DNA of 64,000 bases. Origin: Fimbriimonadia bacterium. Its GTDB lineage: Bacteria; Armatimonadota; Fimbriimonadia; Fimbriimonadales; JABRVX01. Below are positions 38,171-48,067 of this stretch, piece by piece. A model generated the notes under the pieces. It was not told where the DNA came from, made no database searches, and saw nothing but the letters and a program-made list of their open reading frames with translations. Positions within the stretch are counted from its first letter, which is position 1. Each line of letters begins with the position of its first letter. Both the position numbers and the translations under genes were made by a program. The stretch lies in assembly GCA_041483895.1 (NCBI GenBank), contig JBGPGO010000014.1, positions 1 to 64,000 of the forward strand. The letters run 5' to 3'.

Positions 38171-39292
38171 TTAGGGGGCGCCATCAGGCGGACCCGCGTT
38201 TGGGTCTTTTCCAATCCAGCCCTTGCGCCAAAAATAGTATAAAGTTGTGGCCGTGACGGCCGCCATCAGGCACAGTGAGTAGATATAGCCGTACTTCCAA
38301 TGCAGTTCAGGAAGATTATAGGGGGAATCCGTCGTGAAGTTCATGCCGTACAGACCGGTAATGAGCGTGAGCGGTATAAAAACGGTGGCGAAGACCGTAA
38401 GGATGCGCATAACTTCATTCAAGCGGTAGCTCGATTGCGACAGGTAGAGATCCGTCAGATCGGAACCGAGCTCTCTCGACGTCTCAATCAGGTCCATCAC
38501 TCGGACGATATGGTCATAGCAGTCCCGCAAGTAAATTCTTGTGTCGCTGGTGATGCGGGGATTCTCGTCCCGAACGAGCGCATTCACCGCCTCCCGCAGC
38601 GGCCAAATGGCGCGGCGAAGGGTAAGGAGATTGCGTTTGACGCCGTGAAGGTTGGAGACGATGGCGACAGAGGTTCTCACAAGGACTGCAGCCTCATAAT
38701 CCTCCAAGGTCTCCCCAATCCGTTCGAGCAGCGGGAAATAGGCGTCCACGGTCGCATCGAGGATGGAGTACATCAGGTAATCCGATCCTCGCTTGCGGAC
38801 CTGGCCCACATCGTTCCGAATGCGAGTTCGCAGGGGGTCGAAGCAATCTCCGCCTGGCTGCTCTTGGAAAGTAATTACAAAATTTGCACCCAGGATCATG
38901 CACAGCTGCTCATCCTCCAGCCCTTCGCCGAACCGAAAGATAGGCGTGACGATGAAGTAGACATCGCCATACTCCTCGACCTTCGCACGCTGGTTTCTGT
39001 TTGTGATGTCCTCCAGGGCCAGGCGATGGATGCCGAACGCAGCGCCGAATTGCTCCAAAACCGAGGCATCGCCCAGTCCGTCCACGTTGACCCAAACCAC
39101 CGGCCACTGTCCCACAAGGGCGTGGGCTTCCACCACAGAAACGCCCGAAGCCTCGTATATATCTTCGCTGCTGAAGGCAAATACGGTAATCGTGGAAGGC
39201 TGAGAGCCGTCTCTCGGAAGGATCAATCCGGGCGGGGCGCCTATCGGTTGCCGCCTGTGAGCCGGATTCTGGTGTTTCCGCCGTTTGGCCAT
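38171..39292 (-). CDS. corA: magnesium/cobalt transporter CorA
   Basis: H.LALEDI, QR.KVEEY, N..MR.LT, GLYGMNF, PEL.W.YGY. Confidence 0.95.
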   Translation of the reverse strand: MAKRRKHQNPAHRRQPIGAPPGLILPRDGSQPSTITVFAFSSEDIYEASGVSVVEAHALVGQWPVVWVNVDGLGDASVLEQFGAAFGIHRLALEDITNRNQRAKVEEYGDVYFIVTPIFRFGEGLEDEQLCMILGANFVITFQEQPGGDCFDPLRTRIRNDVGQVRKRGSDYLMYSILDATVDAYFPLLERIGETLEDYEAAVLVRTSVAIVSNLHGVKRNLLTLRRAIWPLREAVNALVRDENPRITSDTRIYLRDCYDHIVRVMDLIETSRELGSDLTDLYLSQSSYRLNEVMRILTVFATVFIPLTLITGLYGMNFTTDSPYNLPELHWKYGYIYSLCLMAAVTATTLYYFWRKGWIGKDPNAGPPDGAP

Positions 39293-39353
39293 TTCGTTAC
39301 AGAGTTCCCCGAAACTTCCCGGCTTCCTTGGCTGTATACTTTGGCATTGCGAA

Positions 39354-40172
39354 ATGCTGGAGGGGTCATCCGCTTTGCTCGCGCTGCTTAGCTTCCAAAA
39401 CCTGCTTACGCTGCTTACTCTGACCGGCCTGGAAATCGTGCTCGGCATCGACAACATCGTCGTCCTCGCGATTATCACGAACCGGCTGGAGAAGAAACAG
39501 CGGCCTCGCGCGCGAAAAATCGGCCTCGGGCTTGCCATGCTGATGCGGATCGCCCTTCTCCTGTCCCTCATCTGGGCTGTCTCACTCACAAAGCCTCTGT
39601 TCTATCTGTTCGGCGCTGGGATATCCGGCAAAGGCGTGGTGCTGATCGCAGGCGGGATCTTCTTGATCATCAAGTCCACGTACTACATCTACGAAAAATT
39701 CCGGGATGCTGCCGAGGGGAAGAAACGGAAGCATCACAAGCCGGGGAGTTTTACGTCGGCGATCATTCAGATTGTCGTGCTCGACCTCGTCTTCTCGCTC
39801 GATTCCGTGATCACAGCGGTCGGGCTATCCCAGATTGTTGCGATCATGGTGACCGCAATCGTGATTGCGGTCCTTATCATGATGCTGTTCGCCGGGCCGG
39901 TTGGCGACTTTGTGGAGAAGTACCCGACGTTGGAAGTCCTCGCGCTCACCTTCCTGATTGTTGTTGGAGTCGTCCTCACTTCCGAGGGTTTCGGATATCC
40001 CATCGACCACGGATACATTTACACCGCTCTCGGCTTTGCATTGGTAGTGGAAGTGATTAATAATAAGCTGTTTTCGTCAAACCGGCGAACGCTTCGTCCG
40101 GAAACCGCGAAAGAACTTGCGGGCGCGCCAGCGGCTACTCTCTCCGGTGCGCCGACCGAAATTCCAAAATAA
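39354..40172 (+). CDS. TerC family membrane protein
   Basis: LEIVLGIDN, DLVFSLDSVITAVG. Confidence 0.92.
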   Translation: MLEGSSALLALLSFQNLLTLLTLTGLEIVLGIDNIVVLAIITNRLEKKQRPRARKIGLGLAMLMRIALLLSLIWAVSLTKPLFYLFGAGISGKGVVLIAGGIFLIIKSTYYIYEKFRDAAEGKKRKHHKPGSFTSAIIQIVVLDLVFSLDSVITAVGLSQIVAIMVTAIVIAVLIMMLFAGPVGDFVEKYPTLEVLALTFLIVVGVVLTSEGFGYPIDHGYIYTALGFALVVEVINNKLFSSNRRTLRPETAKELAGAPAATLSGAPTEIPK

Positions 40173-41496
40173 GCGGCGACCCTTCCAGCGGATACTCTTG
40201 CCGGATTCGGTTCTGCAGATACCGCTGGTAGGAGAAGTGGACGATTTTCGGGTCGTTCACAAAAATCACAACAGTCGGCGGCTGGGTCTTGGCCATCGTC
40301 GCGTAATAGGTTTTCAATGCCTTGCCTTTATGAGTGTAGGGCTTTTCATAGGTCGCGTCGTGCAGGATGCGGTTGAGGACGCCGGTTGTGATCCGTGTAT
40401 TGTAGTTTTCGTACGCTTCAATGCAGGTGTCCATGAACGCATCGATCCCGATGCCGAGTTTGGCGCTCGTAAAGCAGATGGGTGTATAGGCCAAGTGGGG
40501 AGCGTCCTGGTGGATGACGTCCGCGAACTCTTTCTTCAGCTTCGTGCGCGCGTTCGGCCTTCCATCCGGCGGCTCCACCAGATCCCATTTGTTGGCTACC
40601 CACACGACGGCCCGTTTCGCTTCATGCGCGATACCGGCGGCACGGTTGTCACCGTCCGTGAACCCCTCGGACGCATCGCAGACGACCGCGCACACCTCCG
40701 ACCTCTCCGCAGCCCGCTTGGCCCGCAGCGCCATGTAGAATTCGAAGCTGCCTTGTACTCTGCCTGGCCGGCGGAGACCCGCGGTGTCGATCAGAGAGAG
40801 CTCTTCGCCTTTCCAGGTAAACGGGGTATCGATTGCGTCGCGCGTGGTTCCCGGTATCGCGCTGACGATCGTTCTGTCCTCGCCCAGAACTGCATTGACG
40901 AGGGAACTTTTGCCGACGTTCGGACGTCCGATAACGGCGAGACGGATCGGTTCGCGCGTTTCCGGTTCTTCCTGAAATGATGGGAGCTGAAATACGAGTT
41001 CATCCAGCAATTCGCCGACACCGTGGCTATGGATGGAAGAGATTGGATACGGCTTACCGTATCCCAGAGCGAAGAATTCCGCGCTCATGTCTTCCAGATT
41101 TCGGTTATCCGCTTTGTTTACGACCAGAAGAATCGGAACCTTGATGGGACGCAGCAGATTTGCCAGTTCTTCATCCGCTGGATTGATACCGTCTTTCGCG
41201 TCCACCATGAACAGCACGACGTCCGCTTCGGCCAACGCGACGTTCGCCTGTAAACGAATCTGTTCGGAAAGCTCATCACTGTACGTGGTAATTCCACCAG
41301 TATCGACCACTGTAAAACGGCGGCCGTTCCAATCGGCTTCGCCATACAGCCGATCCCTAGTAATACCGGGAGTGTCTTCGACAACCGCAACGCGGCGGCC
41401 AATGAGACGATTAAATAGGGTAGATTTGCCGACATTCGGGCGGCCCGTGATGACCGCTACAGGCAAACGCGGTGATTCACGGTCTGGGCCTACCAT
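40135..41496 (-). CDS. der: ribosome biogenesis GTPase Der (EngA)
   Basis: Two GRPNVGKS P-loops, DTGG/DTAG, NKAD/NKWD, Y.RYL.N.IR. Confidence 0.96.
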   Translation of the reverse strand: MVGPDRESPRLPVAVITGRPNVGKSTLFNRLIGRRVAVVEDTPGITRDRLYGEADWNGRRFTVVDTGGITTYSDELSEQIRLQANVALAEADVVLFMVDAKDGINPADEELANLLRPIKVPILLVVNKADNRNLEDMSAEFFALGYGKPYPISSIHSHGVGELLDELVFQLPSFQEEPETREPIRLAVIGRPNVGKSSLVNAVLGEDRTIVSAIPGTTRDAIDTPFTWKGEELSLIDTAGLRRPGRVQGSFEFYMALRAKRAAERSEVCAVVCDASEGFTDGDNRAAGIAHEAKRAVVWVANKWDLVEPPDGRPNARTKLKKEFADVIHQDAPHLAYTPICFTSAKLGIGIDAFMDTCIEAYENYNTRITTGVLNRILHDATYEKPYTHKGKALKTYYATMAKTQPPTVVIFVNDPKIVHFSYQRYLQNRIRQEYPLEGSPLILEFRSAHRRE

Positions 41497-41505
41497 AGCG
41501 CGGCT

Positions 41506-41547
41506 ATGTTGGCACATTTGGCGGGGGAATGTCAAATGTGCCGACAT
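41506..41547. promoter_or_regulatory. 17-bp imperfect inverted repeat in a divergent intergenic region (operator or hairpin)
   Basis: ATGTTGGCACATTTGGC-N8-GTCAAATGTGCCGACAT. Confidence 0.5.
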
Positions 41548-41604
41548 CAGTACCGGTTCCGGTTTGCATTGCATGTGGAATGACAAGAAGGGTGAGGTAC
41601 CTTC

Positions 41605-43581
41605 ATGAAACTGCACGTCAGTCTTGCTGTCGCAGTTTTGGCCTCGCTTGGCGCCGCCGTGCTTTTCGGCACGCCTTGCGGCGCGCAATCGATGCCGAAA
41701 CTGCTTAATTTAATAGAAGGTCGAGGCGACCTTGACGCCGATTGGTCGGGGGATGGGGTCGCGGACAGATGGAGTGCCACGTTCAGCTCGGCGGTGTTTA
41801 CGCCAAGCGTCGTGGCAGAATCGCCATACCGCGGTAATCGGTGCCAAAAAGTCGTTATCAATAAGAACGATTCCAATACGTATTCCTTAAATCTCTGGAC
41901 AACGATTAATACGGATAATTCCGTCCTGCGATCCGGGACTCGATTGAAAGTTTCGTTTTGGTACAAGACGTCGTCGTCAATGCAAAACGTGCAATGGAAA
42001 ATCTATTACAACGGAGTCAACGTCGACCTATCCGGTGACTACTACGAAATCCGTAGGTTGACCAACCTCGCTCCACAATCATCCTGGAAGCAGTGGACGG
42101 GTGAATGCACAGTCAAAGACACCTCCATCTCGGCGAATATTGGGATTTACCTCTACTCAACCGCCGGCCAATCAACCGGGACATTTTATGTGGACGACGT
42201 TCAAGTTACCGACGGGCGGTTGGTTCTGCCAAAGCTTAAGAAGGACCTCAAGCTTTATCTTTGCTATTTGCCGTACGTTAACTGGATAGAAACCGTTCGT
42301 CTTTTTGACGGATGCAGTTTTCATGGCGGAGATGACTTTGCCGCAGTCCAACACACGGACCCAACATTTCGCACCGCGATATTTACAAGGGTGACCTATG
42401 TGTGGCAAGGCTACAGCGAGTCGCCAGAGAATCCCTTTACCTATGACTGGATTCTGGCGAACCATCCCGATTGGTTCTTGACGGATTCGCAAGGGAACAA
42501 AATCCATGCAGGTGTCGAATATGCGTTGGACTTCGGCAACACGAGCTATCAGCAGGCGCTGCTGGCGAAGCTGCAGTCAATGGCGGGTCGGGAAAACTAC
42601 CAGGCACTGTTCCTGGATGCTTTCGGCCCCTTTGCCGATTCGAATCACGTCGGCACCGGCAGGCCATCGCAATATCCCACGGATGCCCAATGGGTTGCCG
42701 CCGTCACAGCATTCTTTCAGGCGTTGCAACCGTTGAGGCAGCAGGGCATCAAGCTGTACCCTAATCTCGCGCACGTCAGCAACTATGAAGAGCCGGGAGT
42801 TACATGGTTCTCGCTCGTCGATGGGGCCGTATTTGAGTGGGGATATGCTATGAAGGCCGTAGACACGGGGCTGTTGACCTACGGGACGTGGGATTCCTGG
42901 AAGTACAAATTCCTTAGCTCCGCAACGAACACAACGAAGCTTTTGGTGGTGAACCACCAACTCCCGCTGGATTGGAAAGATCAGCGCAGATTTGCGCTGG
43001 CAAGCTATCTGTGCAGCATGACAGATTGGGACTACCTGGGTATGGTGCCGAACGAATCTTCGACCTATTGGGTAACGGACTTCGAAGCGCCGTATGGTAC
43101 GCCAACCGGTCCCTACCAAATCATTGCGGGCGACATGAACACGGGCGCGGTAGTCAAGCGCACGTTTACAAACAGCACTGTCATCGCCAACCCGACCGAT
43201 TCGATCACCTATAACTATAATGTCATCGGATCATATAAGGACCTGGACGGCAACATCGTAGCCAACAAGACGGTATCAATACCACCAAAGGGATCGCTCA
43301 TACTGATCAACGCGCCGAATATTCAAATCGCTCTGGCCGCGACGCCGGCGACGGCAGCGCCCGGTGAAATCGTGACGTACACGGTCACCTATACCAACAT
43401 TGGCACCGCCAATGCCAAGAACACGTACGTCAGCGCCCCGATTCCCGCCTGGTCGACCTACTATGCCGTTCTCAACGGCGGTGTATACGATAGCATAAAC
43501 AAGAAGGTAGTTTGGACGATATCGAATTTGGCGGCGGGAGCATCGGGAACCGTTTCGTTCAAGGTCAAGATCATGCAGTAG
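41605..43581 (+). CDS. secreted putative glycoside hydrolase (CBM-like N-domain, TIM-barrel-like core, C-terminal DUF11 Ig domain)
   Basis: Signal peptide; HPDWFL, DFGN..YQ, LFLD, R.F.N..VI.NPT; PGE.VTYTVTYTNIG...W....L..G.S.TV.F.V. Confidence 0.65.
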   Translation: MKLHVSLAVAVLASLGAAVLFGTPCGAQSMPKLLNLIEGRGDLDADWSGDGVADRWSATFSSAVFTPSVVAESPYRGNRCQKVVINKNDSNTYSLNLWTTINTDNSVLRSGTRLKVSFWYKTSSSMQNVQWKIYYNGVNVDLSGDYYEIRRLTNLAPQSSWKQWTGECTVKDTSISANIGIYLYSTAGQSTGTFYVDDVQVTDGRLVLPKLKKDLKLYLCYLPYVNWIETVRLFDGCSFHGGDDFAAVQHTDPTFRTAIFTRVTYVWQGYSESPENPFTYDWILANHPDWFLTDSQGNKIHAGVEYALDFGNTSYQQALLAKLQSMAGRENYQALFLDAFGPFADSNHVGTGRPSQYPTDAQWVAAVTAFFQALQPLRQQGIKLYPNLAHVSNYEEPGVTWFSLVDGAVFEWGYAMKAVDTGLLTYGTWDSWKYKFLSSATNTTKLLVVNHQLPLDWKDQRRFALASYLCSMTDWDYLGMVPNESSTYWVTDFEAPYGTPTGPYQIIAGDMNTGAVVKRTFTNSTVIANPTDSITYNYNVIGSYKDLDGNIVANKTVSIPPKGSLILINAPNIQIALAATPATAAPGEIVTYTVTYTNIGTANAKNTYVSAPIPAWSTYYAVLNGGVYDSINKKVVWTISNLAAGASGTVSFKVKIMQ

Positions 43582-44797
43582 GTGCGGGTTCGGGCCGCCA
43601 TTTCGCGAGGACGGCACAGAAGAACATCAGAAGGAATGGCGCAAGCGGAAGCAGATAGCGAGTCGACCCGCTGAAAACGCCCGCGACCAAAAGCAGCGTG
43701 ACAGACAAATAGGTAAACGGCACAAAATGGGTCTTGTATCGCCTCCGTGCGAGACCATAGCCCCGTAGGCTGATCGCTACGTAGAGAATGAACAGCGCTT
43801 CGGCCAACCGCACGGCGATCATCGGAATGCGAAAATTCTTCTTCCCCGCTTCCGAATAGCCGACCGGGGACAGCGTCAGATAATACTTCTCAGCTTCCAA
43901 TTGCGGAATCTTTTCCGGATTGGCGGCCAGCCACTCCATTCCTAACCGGTTGAGATAGGCATCTTTCTCCAATATCGACATGTCTTTGGATTCGGCCCAA
44001 ATATGCACCTCACGATCGCCGATCCACCAGGGATCGGGCGGCAACATGGCGCTCCCGTGTGAGAGCGGATTATTCGCCATCACGAACAGAAGTCCGCTGA
44101 GAGCCACGGGCACAAAGCCGCCATAAACCCTCTCGTTCCGGTAGGTCCATGGTGCGATTACCAATCCGGCGAAGAGCAAAATGATGACTGGAACGATGAC
44201 GCGCCGCTTCTGACGAAGTTGGAACGCGAGCCACATTACATACAGAAATGTGACCGGCAAAAAGGTCGGCCGTGTCAGGCTGAGCATTCCCAGCACCACG
44301 CCCGTCACGATTGCCAGTCTCGGCGTGAATCCGTCGCGCAGCCCTTTCAGATGCAAGAGAAACCAGACGGCAAGCAACAGGATTAGTAAGCACTCTGTAT
44401 ACAGCCAGCCCGAGGTCTGCAGGAGCTGCGGCTGAATGATGGCGAGGCCGAGGAACCAAAGTCCCACCCGTTCGCCGAACAGGTGACGGCAACTGACGAA
44501 AAACAGGCCGACTGAGATGATAGCCCAAATGGCTTGCAGCATTCGAATCGACTGCGGCCTGTGGCCAATCACCTTATATACTGTGCCGACGATCACCGAA
44601 TAAAGCGGTGCACGGTACTCGTGCAATCCAACGGACTCCGGCGTGGTCTTTACGCCAATCTCATTGGTCTGCGCAAATTGCCATGCCGCCTCGTCGTAGT
44701 TGGTCGCATCACCGTAAAGCGGGTTCTTCTTGAGAAACGGATCGACCCTTGTGGCAACCAACCCATAGCCGAGCCGGACGACGATCAGAATAATCAA
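43571..44797 (-). CDS. GT-C fold glycosyltransferase (ArnT/GT39-like)
   Basis: D...Y...A, RAPLY, LYTE.L, LTRP, PWT.RN, RY.LP; multi-TM; start uncertain. Confidence 0.8.
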   Translation of the reverse strand: MIILIVVRLGYGLVATRVDPFLKKNPLYGDATNYDEAAWQFAQTNEIGVKTTPESVGLHEYRAPLYSVIVGTVYKVIGHRPQSIRMLQAIWAIISVGLFFVSCRHLFGERVGLWFLGLAIIQPQLLQTSGWLYTECLLILLLAVWFLLHLKGLRDGFTPRLAIVTGVVLGMLSLTRPTFLPVTFLYVMWLAFQLRQKRRVIVPVIILLFAGLVIAPWTYRNERVYGGFVPVALSGLLFVMANNPLSHGSAMLPPDPWWIGDREVHIWAESKDMSILEKDAYLNRLGMEWLAANPEKIPQLEAEKYYLTLSPVGYSEAGKKNFRIPMIAVRLAEALFILYVAISLRGYGLARRRYKTHFVPFTYLSVTLLLVAGVFSGSTRYLLPLAPFLLMFFCAVLAKWRPEPAPTA

Positions 44798-44837
44798 AAG
44801 CAGCTGTGCCCGCCCTTGGAAGCGAAAATCGAACGGC

Positions 44838-45605
44838 CTATCCAGATGCGGCCTCTTGCATGGGTGGAGCGCTTGGCGGGTCGAGGGGCAAAAAGACCGG
44901 CTGATCGTACGGGGCGGGCCGGCTTCGGAATCGGCGAGCGATCAGGAACCAGATATCGCACAATCCGACCAAGATCGCCTTGTGCCACGCGTGGAAGTGT
45001 GACTTCCCTACCCGAGGAGCATAATGGATGTGCTCCTCGCCAAATTTGACGTTCGGGTTGATGATGCCTTCAATCTTGATCTCGCTGCTGAACTCCCACG
45101 AGCTGCCGCGAAGATCGAAAAGCGCCAGCCTGTTGCGACGCATCACCCACATGCCTGATTGGCTGTCCTTCAGAAACTTGCCATAGATTATTCCGAAGCA
45201 GATATTTAGGACCTGGTTGCCGAATACGTTTCGACCGCTCATCGCGGTCTTGTCTTCGAGCGGGAATCGCGCGCCACTCAAGAAATCCAAGTTGCGGTCG
45301 TGCATGGATTGAACGAGACGGCCGATCTCAGTTACCGGGTACGTGCCGTCGCCGTCCAAAGTCACGATCACGTCTCCGGTCGCCGCCCTCATGCCACCCT
45401 TCAGGGCCTCGCCATATCCCTGCTCTTTCACGAATATCACCCGCGCTCCGGCGGCGGTCGCAACCGCTGACGTGTCGTCGGTCGAATTATTGTCCGCGAC
45501 GACGATTTCGTCTACGTACTCCGGGATGCTCTGGACAACTGGACCGATGCCGTCGCCTTCGTTATATGCGGGGATAACCGCGCTGATTTTGTAGCCACAA
45601 TGCAT
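44838..45605 (-). CDS. glycosyltransferase family 2 (DPM1-like)
   Basis: VIPAYNE, DNNSTD, GYG.A, LDGDGTYP, DSQSG, Y.PR.G.S. Confidence 0.9.
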   Translation of the reverse strand: MHCGYKISAVIPAYNEGDGIGPVVQSIPEYVDEIVVADNNSTDDTSAVATAAGARVIFVKEQGYGEALKGGMRAATGDVIVTLDGDGTYPVTEIGRLVQSMHDRNLDFLSGARFPLEDKTAMSGRNVFGNQVLNICFGIIYGKFLKDSQSGMWVMRRNRLALFDLRGSSWEFSSEIKIEGIINPNVKFGEEHIHYAPRVGKSHFHAWHKAILVGLCDIWFLIARRFRSRPAPYDQPVFLPLDPPSAPPMQEAASG

Positions 45606-45699
45606 AGTATTTATACCAGGGAGTGCTGTCCGAGTGCCTGGCCGACGGGCGAAAGTATACCAGGCGTGGGTATTTCGGAATCTAGGCGCATTGGCCCGG

Positions 45700-47196
45700 C
45701 TAGGCCAGCGCGTCCGTATCGATTTGCGCCTTTTGCAAACGACCCGAAGTGTCAACGTACACCGATTTCCATTCGGTGAAAATGTCCAAAACCTGGCGCC
45801 CAGCCTCCCTGTGCCCGTTGCCCGTGTCCTTGACCCCGCCGAACGGAAGGCCAACTTCCGCACCGATTGTCGGACCGTTGATATAGGTGATGCCGGCCTG
45901 AATGTCCCGAATTGCGGCAAACGCCCGGTTCACGTCTTTCGTGTAGATGGAACTAGAGAGACCATAGGCGCTGTCATTCAGCGTTTCGATAGCTGCCTCG
46001 AACGATGGGATTTCGATGACGCTGAGAACCGGGCCGAAGATCTCCTCCTGAAAAATCCGCATGGTGCGCGTGACGCCGGTGAAGATGGTCGGCTCGTAGA
46101 ACCAGCCCCGGTCAAAATCACCCCCGGTCTTGGGCTGTCCGCCGATCAGCAGTTTGGCCCCTTCCGCCTTCCCGATCTCGACGTAGCCGTGCACCCGATC
46201 GCGCTGTTTCTCGTTGATGATCGGTCCCATCTGCACGTTCTCGTCCAGCCCGTTGCCGACCCGGATATTTTTGGCCCGCGTCGCGAGGTGATCGATGAAT
46301 GCGGCGGCGATCTCTTTGTGTAGGATGAGACGCGACGTGGCGGTGCAGCGTTGCCCAGTCGTTCCGAACGCCCCCCACAGCGCGCCTTCCAACGCCAAGT
46401 CTAAGTCGGCATCCTCCATAACGATCTGCGCGTTCTTTCCGCCCAATTCCAACGACAGCCGCTTCAGTCGCTCGCCGCAAACCGAGGCCAGCCGGCGGCC
46501 AACCGCCGAGGAGCCGGTAAACGCCACGACGCCCACGTCCGGATGGGTGGCCAGCGGCTCGCCGACCTCCTTATCTCCATAAACGACGTTGAAAACGCCC
46601 TTCGGCAGGCCCGCCTGCTCGAAGACCTCGGCGAGTTTGGCGATGCTGGCGGGGGTATCGGGCGCTGGTTTGATGACCACCGTGTTGCCGCAGACAAGGG
46701 CCGGAAATATCTTCCAGGTGGGGACCGCGAGCGGGAAGTTCCACGGCGTGATGATGCCGGCGACACCGATCGGCATCCGAATGCTCATTCCAAATTTGTT
46801 GGGCAATTCGACCGGGCAGGTGTCGCCATACATCCGGCGGCCCTCCCCGGCGGACATGTAGGCGGTGTCGATGGCCTCCTGCACGTCGCCCCGGGTCTCG
46901 GCCAGCACCTTGCCCATTTCGCGGGTCATCAGCCGGGCCAGCTCCTCTTTGCGCTCCGAGAGGATATCGCCGACGCGCTGGATGATCTGGCCGCGCTTGG
47001 GCGCCGGGGTCAGCGACCAGCCTCGAAATGCCGCCTTCGCCGCCGCGACCGCCGCATTCACTTCCGCTTCCCCACCACGCGGGAATGTGCCAATCACATC
47101 GTTGTGATCCGCCGGGTTGATGTTGTCGAAACTGCCGCCCGTTCCCGTCGCCACCCACTCGCCGCCAATGTAAGCCCTATACTGCTCTGCCGCCAC
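45700..47196 (-). CDS. aldehyde dehydrogenase family protein
   Basis: ITPWNFP, FTGSS, LELGGKN, GQRCTA, EEIFGPV, PFGG.K..G.G. Confidence 0.93.
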   Translation of the reverse strand: MAAEQYRAYIGGEWVATGTGGSFDNINPADHNDVIGTFPRGGEAEVNAAVAAAKAAFRGWSLTPAPKRGQIIQRVGDILSERKEELARLMTREMGKVLAETRGDVQEAIDTAYMSAGEGRRMYGDTCPVELPNKFGMSIRMPIGVAGIITPWNFPLAVPTWKIFPALVCGNTVVIKPAPDTPASIAKLAEVFEQAGLPKGVFNVVYGDKEVGEPLATHPDVGVVAFTGSSAVGRRLASVCGERLKRLSLELGGKNAQIVMEDADLDLALEGALWGAFGTTGQRCTATSRLILHKEIAAAFIDHLATRAKNIRVGNGLDENVQMGPIINEKQRDRVHGYVEIGKAEGAKLLIGGQPKTGGDFDRGWFYEPTIFTGVTRTMRIFQEEIFGPVLSVIEIPSFEAAIETLNDSAYGLSSSIYTKDVNRAFAAIRDIQAGITYINGPTIGAEVGLPFGGVKDTGNGHREAGRQVLDIFTEWKSVYVDTSGRLQKAQIDTDALA

Positions 47197-47393
47197 TAAT
47201 GCAGCCCATCGTCGGTAACCACGCCTCCACCGGCGCCGGACGGCATGCCCTTCACTTCGCCCTTCTTCTCGGTATCCTGGGACTTGCCAAGGTCCACCTG
47301 GCCGCGCTTCTTCTCGGAGCCCTTGAGGGCATCGCACCCCGACCACAGCGCTGCGACGAGGATGGCGGTGAGGATCAACAGTAGCTTTTTCAT
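47196..47393 (-). CDS. small lipoprotein
   Basis: MKK + hydrophobic stretch + WSG-C lipobox; TATAAT 7 nt upstream. Confidence 0.7.
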   Translation of the reverse strand: MKKLLLILTAILVAALWSGCDALKGSEKKRGQVDLGKSQDTEKKGEVKGMPSGAGGGVVTDDGLH

Positions 47394-47408
47394 GTGTTGG
47401 ATTATACG

Positions 47409-47717
47409 CTATGGGTTCAGGCGGCAGCCGGTAATCGTCTGCGCGCGCTCGAGCTGATCTTCGCGGACGAAGATGCTGGCTGGCCCGACCTCTCCCAAGT
47501 TGGCGAACAGACCTTCCGGCCGGACGACGCAGGGGATCTGATTTGCCTTGAGATAGTCCGCGATTGTCCGCGCCTCGAGAATAGAATTCGCGGTTGTCAA
47601 CAATGCGAGATCAGCATCGCGTGCATTCGGGATATGTTCGACGAGCGCGACGCCACAATCGGGACATTCTTTGGTTCCGGCGACATATTCATATTTGCAT
47701 TTCGGACAGTTCGGCAT
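47409..47717 (-). CDS. zinc-ribbon + DUF2007-like protein (copy 3)
   Basis: CPKC.YEY.....CPDC; EA..I...L..N.I, I.V.E..LE.A. Confidence 0.75.
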   Translation of the reverse strand: MPNCPKCKYEYVAGTKECPDCGVALVEHIPNARDADLALLTTANSILEARTIADYLKANQIPCVVRPEGLFANLGEVGPASIFVREDQLERAQTITGCRLNP

Positions 47718-47718
47718 T

Positions 47719-48066
47719 TCACGCACCTCTTTCACTCAAGTTCAACGAGGCAAGCACCTTTCTCGCATCTTCTAGATGGTCTTCTAAGACATAGATGCTG
47801 TTATCAACTCTGCTCTTTCCAGAGGGCGATGAATGGGACCAAGTCTGGATTTTGCTGACGGCCAACGCGTCATTGATCATGAATGCCTGCTGATTGTCAT
47901 TTGGCCTTACGAGAAGTACAAGCGGTGAATTGTCAAGATGCATGTTATGCTCGTGCGCCAGTTCTTCAGGGCTTGGTGGCAGTTTGTCAATCAGCTGCAC
48001 ATTGCAGTCGGGGCATTCAGTGGTCCCTTCGACGTATTCATATCTGCACTCCGGACAAAACGGCAT
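47719..48066 (-). CDS. zinc-ribbon + DUF2007-like protein (copy 2)
   Basis: MPFCPECRYEY...CPDC; SIYVLEDHLEDA. Confidence 0.75.
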   Translation of the reverse strand: MPFCPECRYEYVEGTTECPDCNVQLIDKLPPSPEELAHEHNMHLDNSPLVLLVRPNDNQQAFMINDALAVSKIQTWSHSSPSGKSRVDNSIYVLEDHLEDARKVLASLNLSERGA

Positions 48067-48067
48067 C

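Noticed and set aside
40135..40172. Convergent 3' overlaps (terC/der; also 3090-3130 and 35738-35752)
   Set aside because: Short tail-to-tail overlaps are common in compact GC-rich genomes
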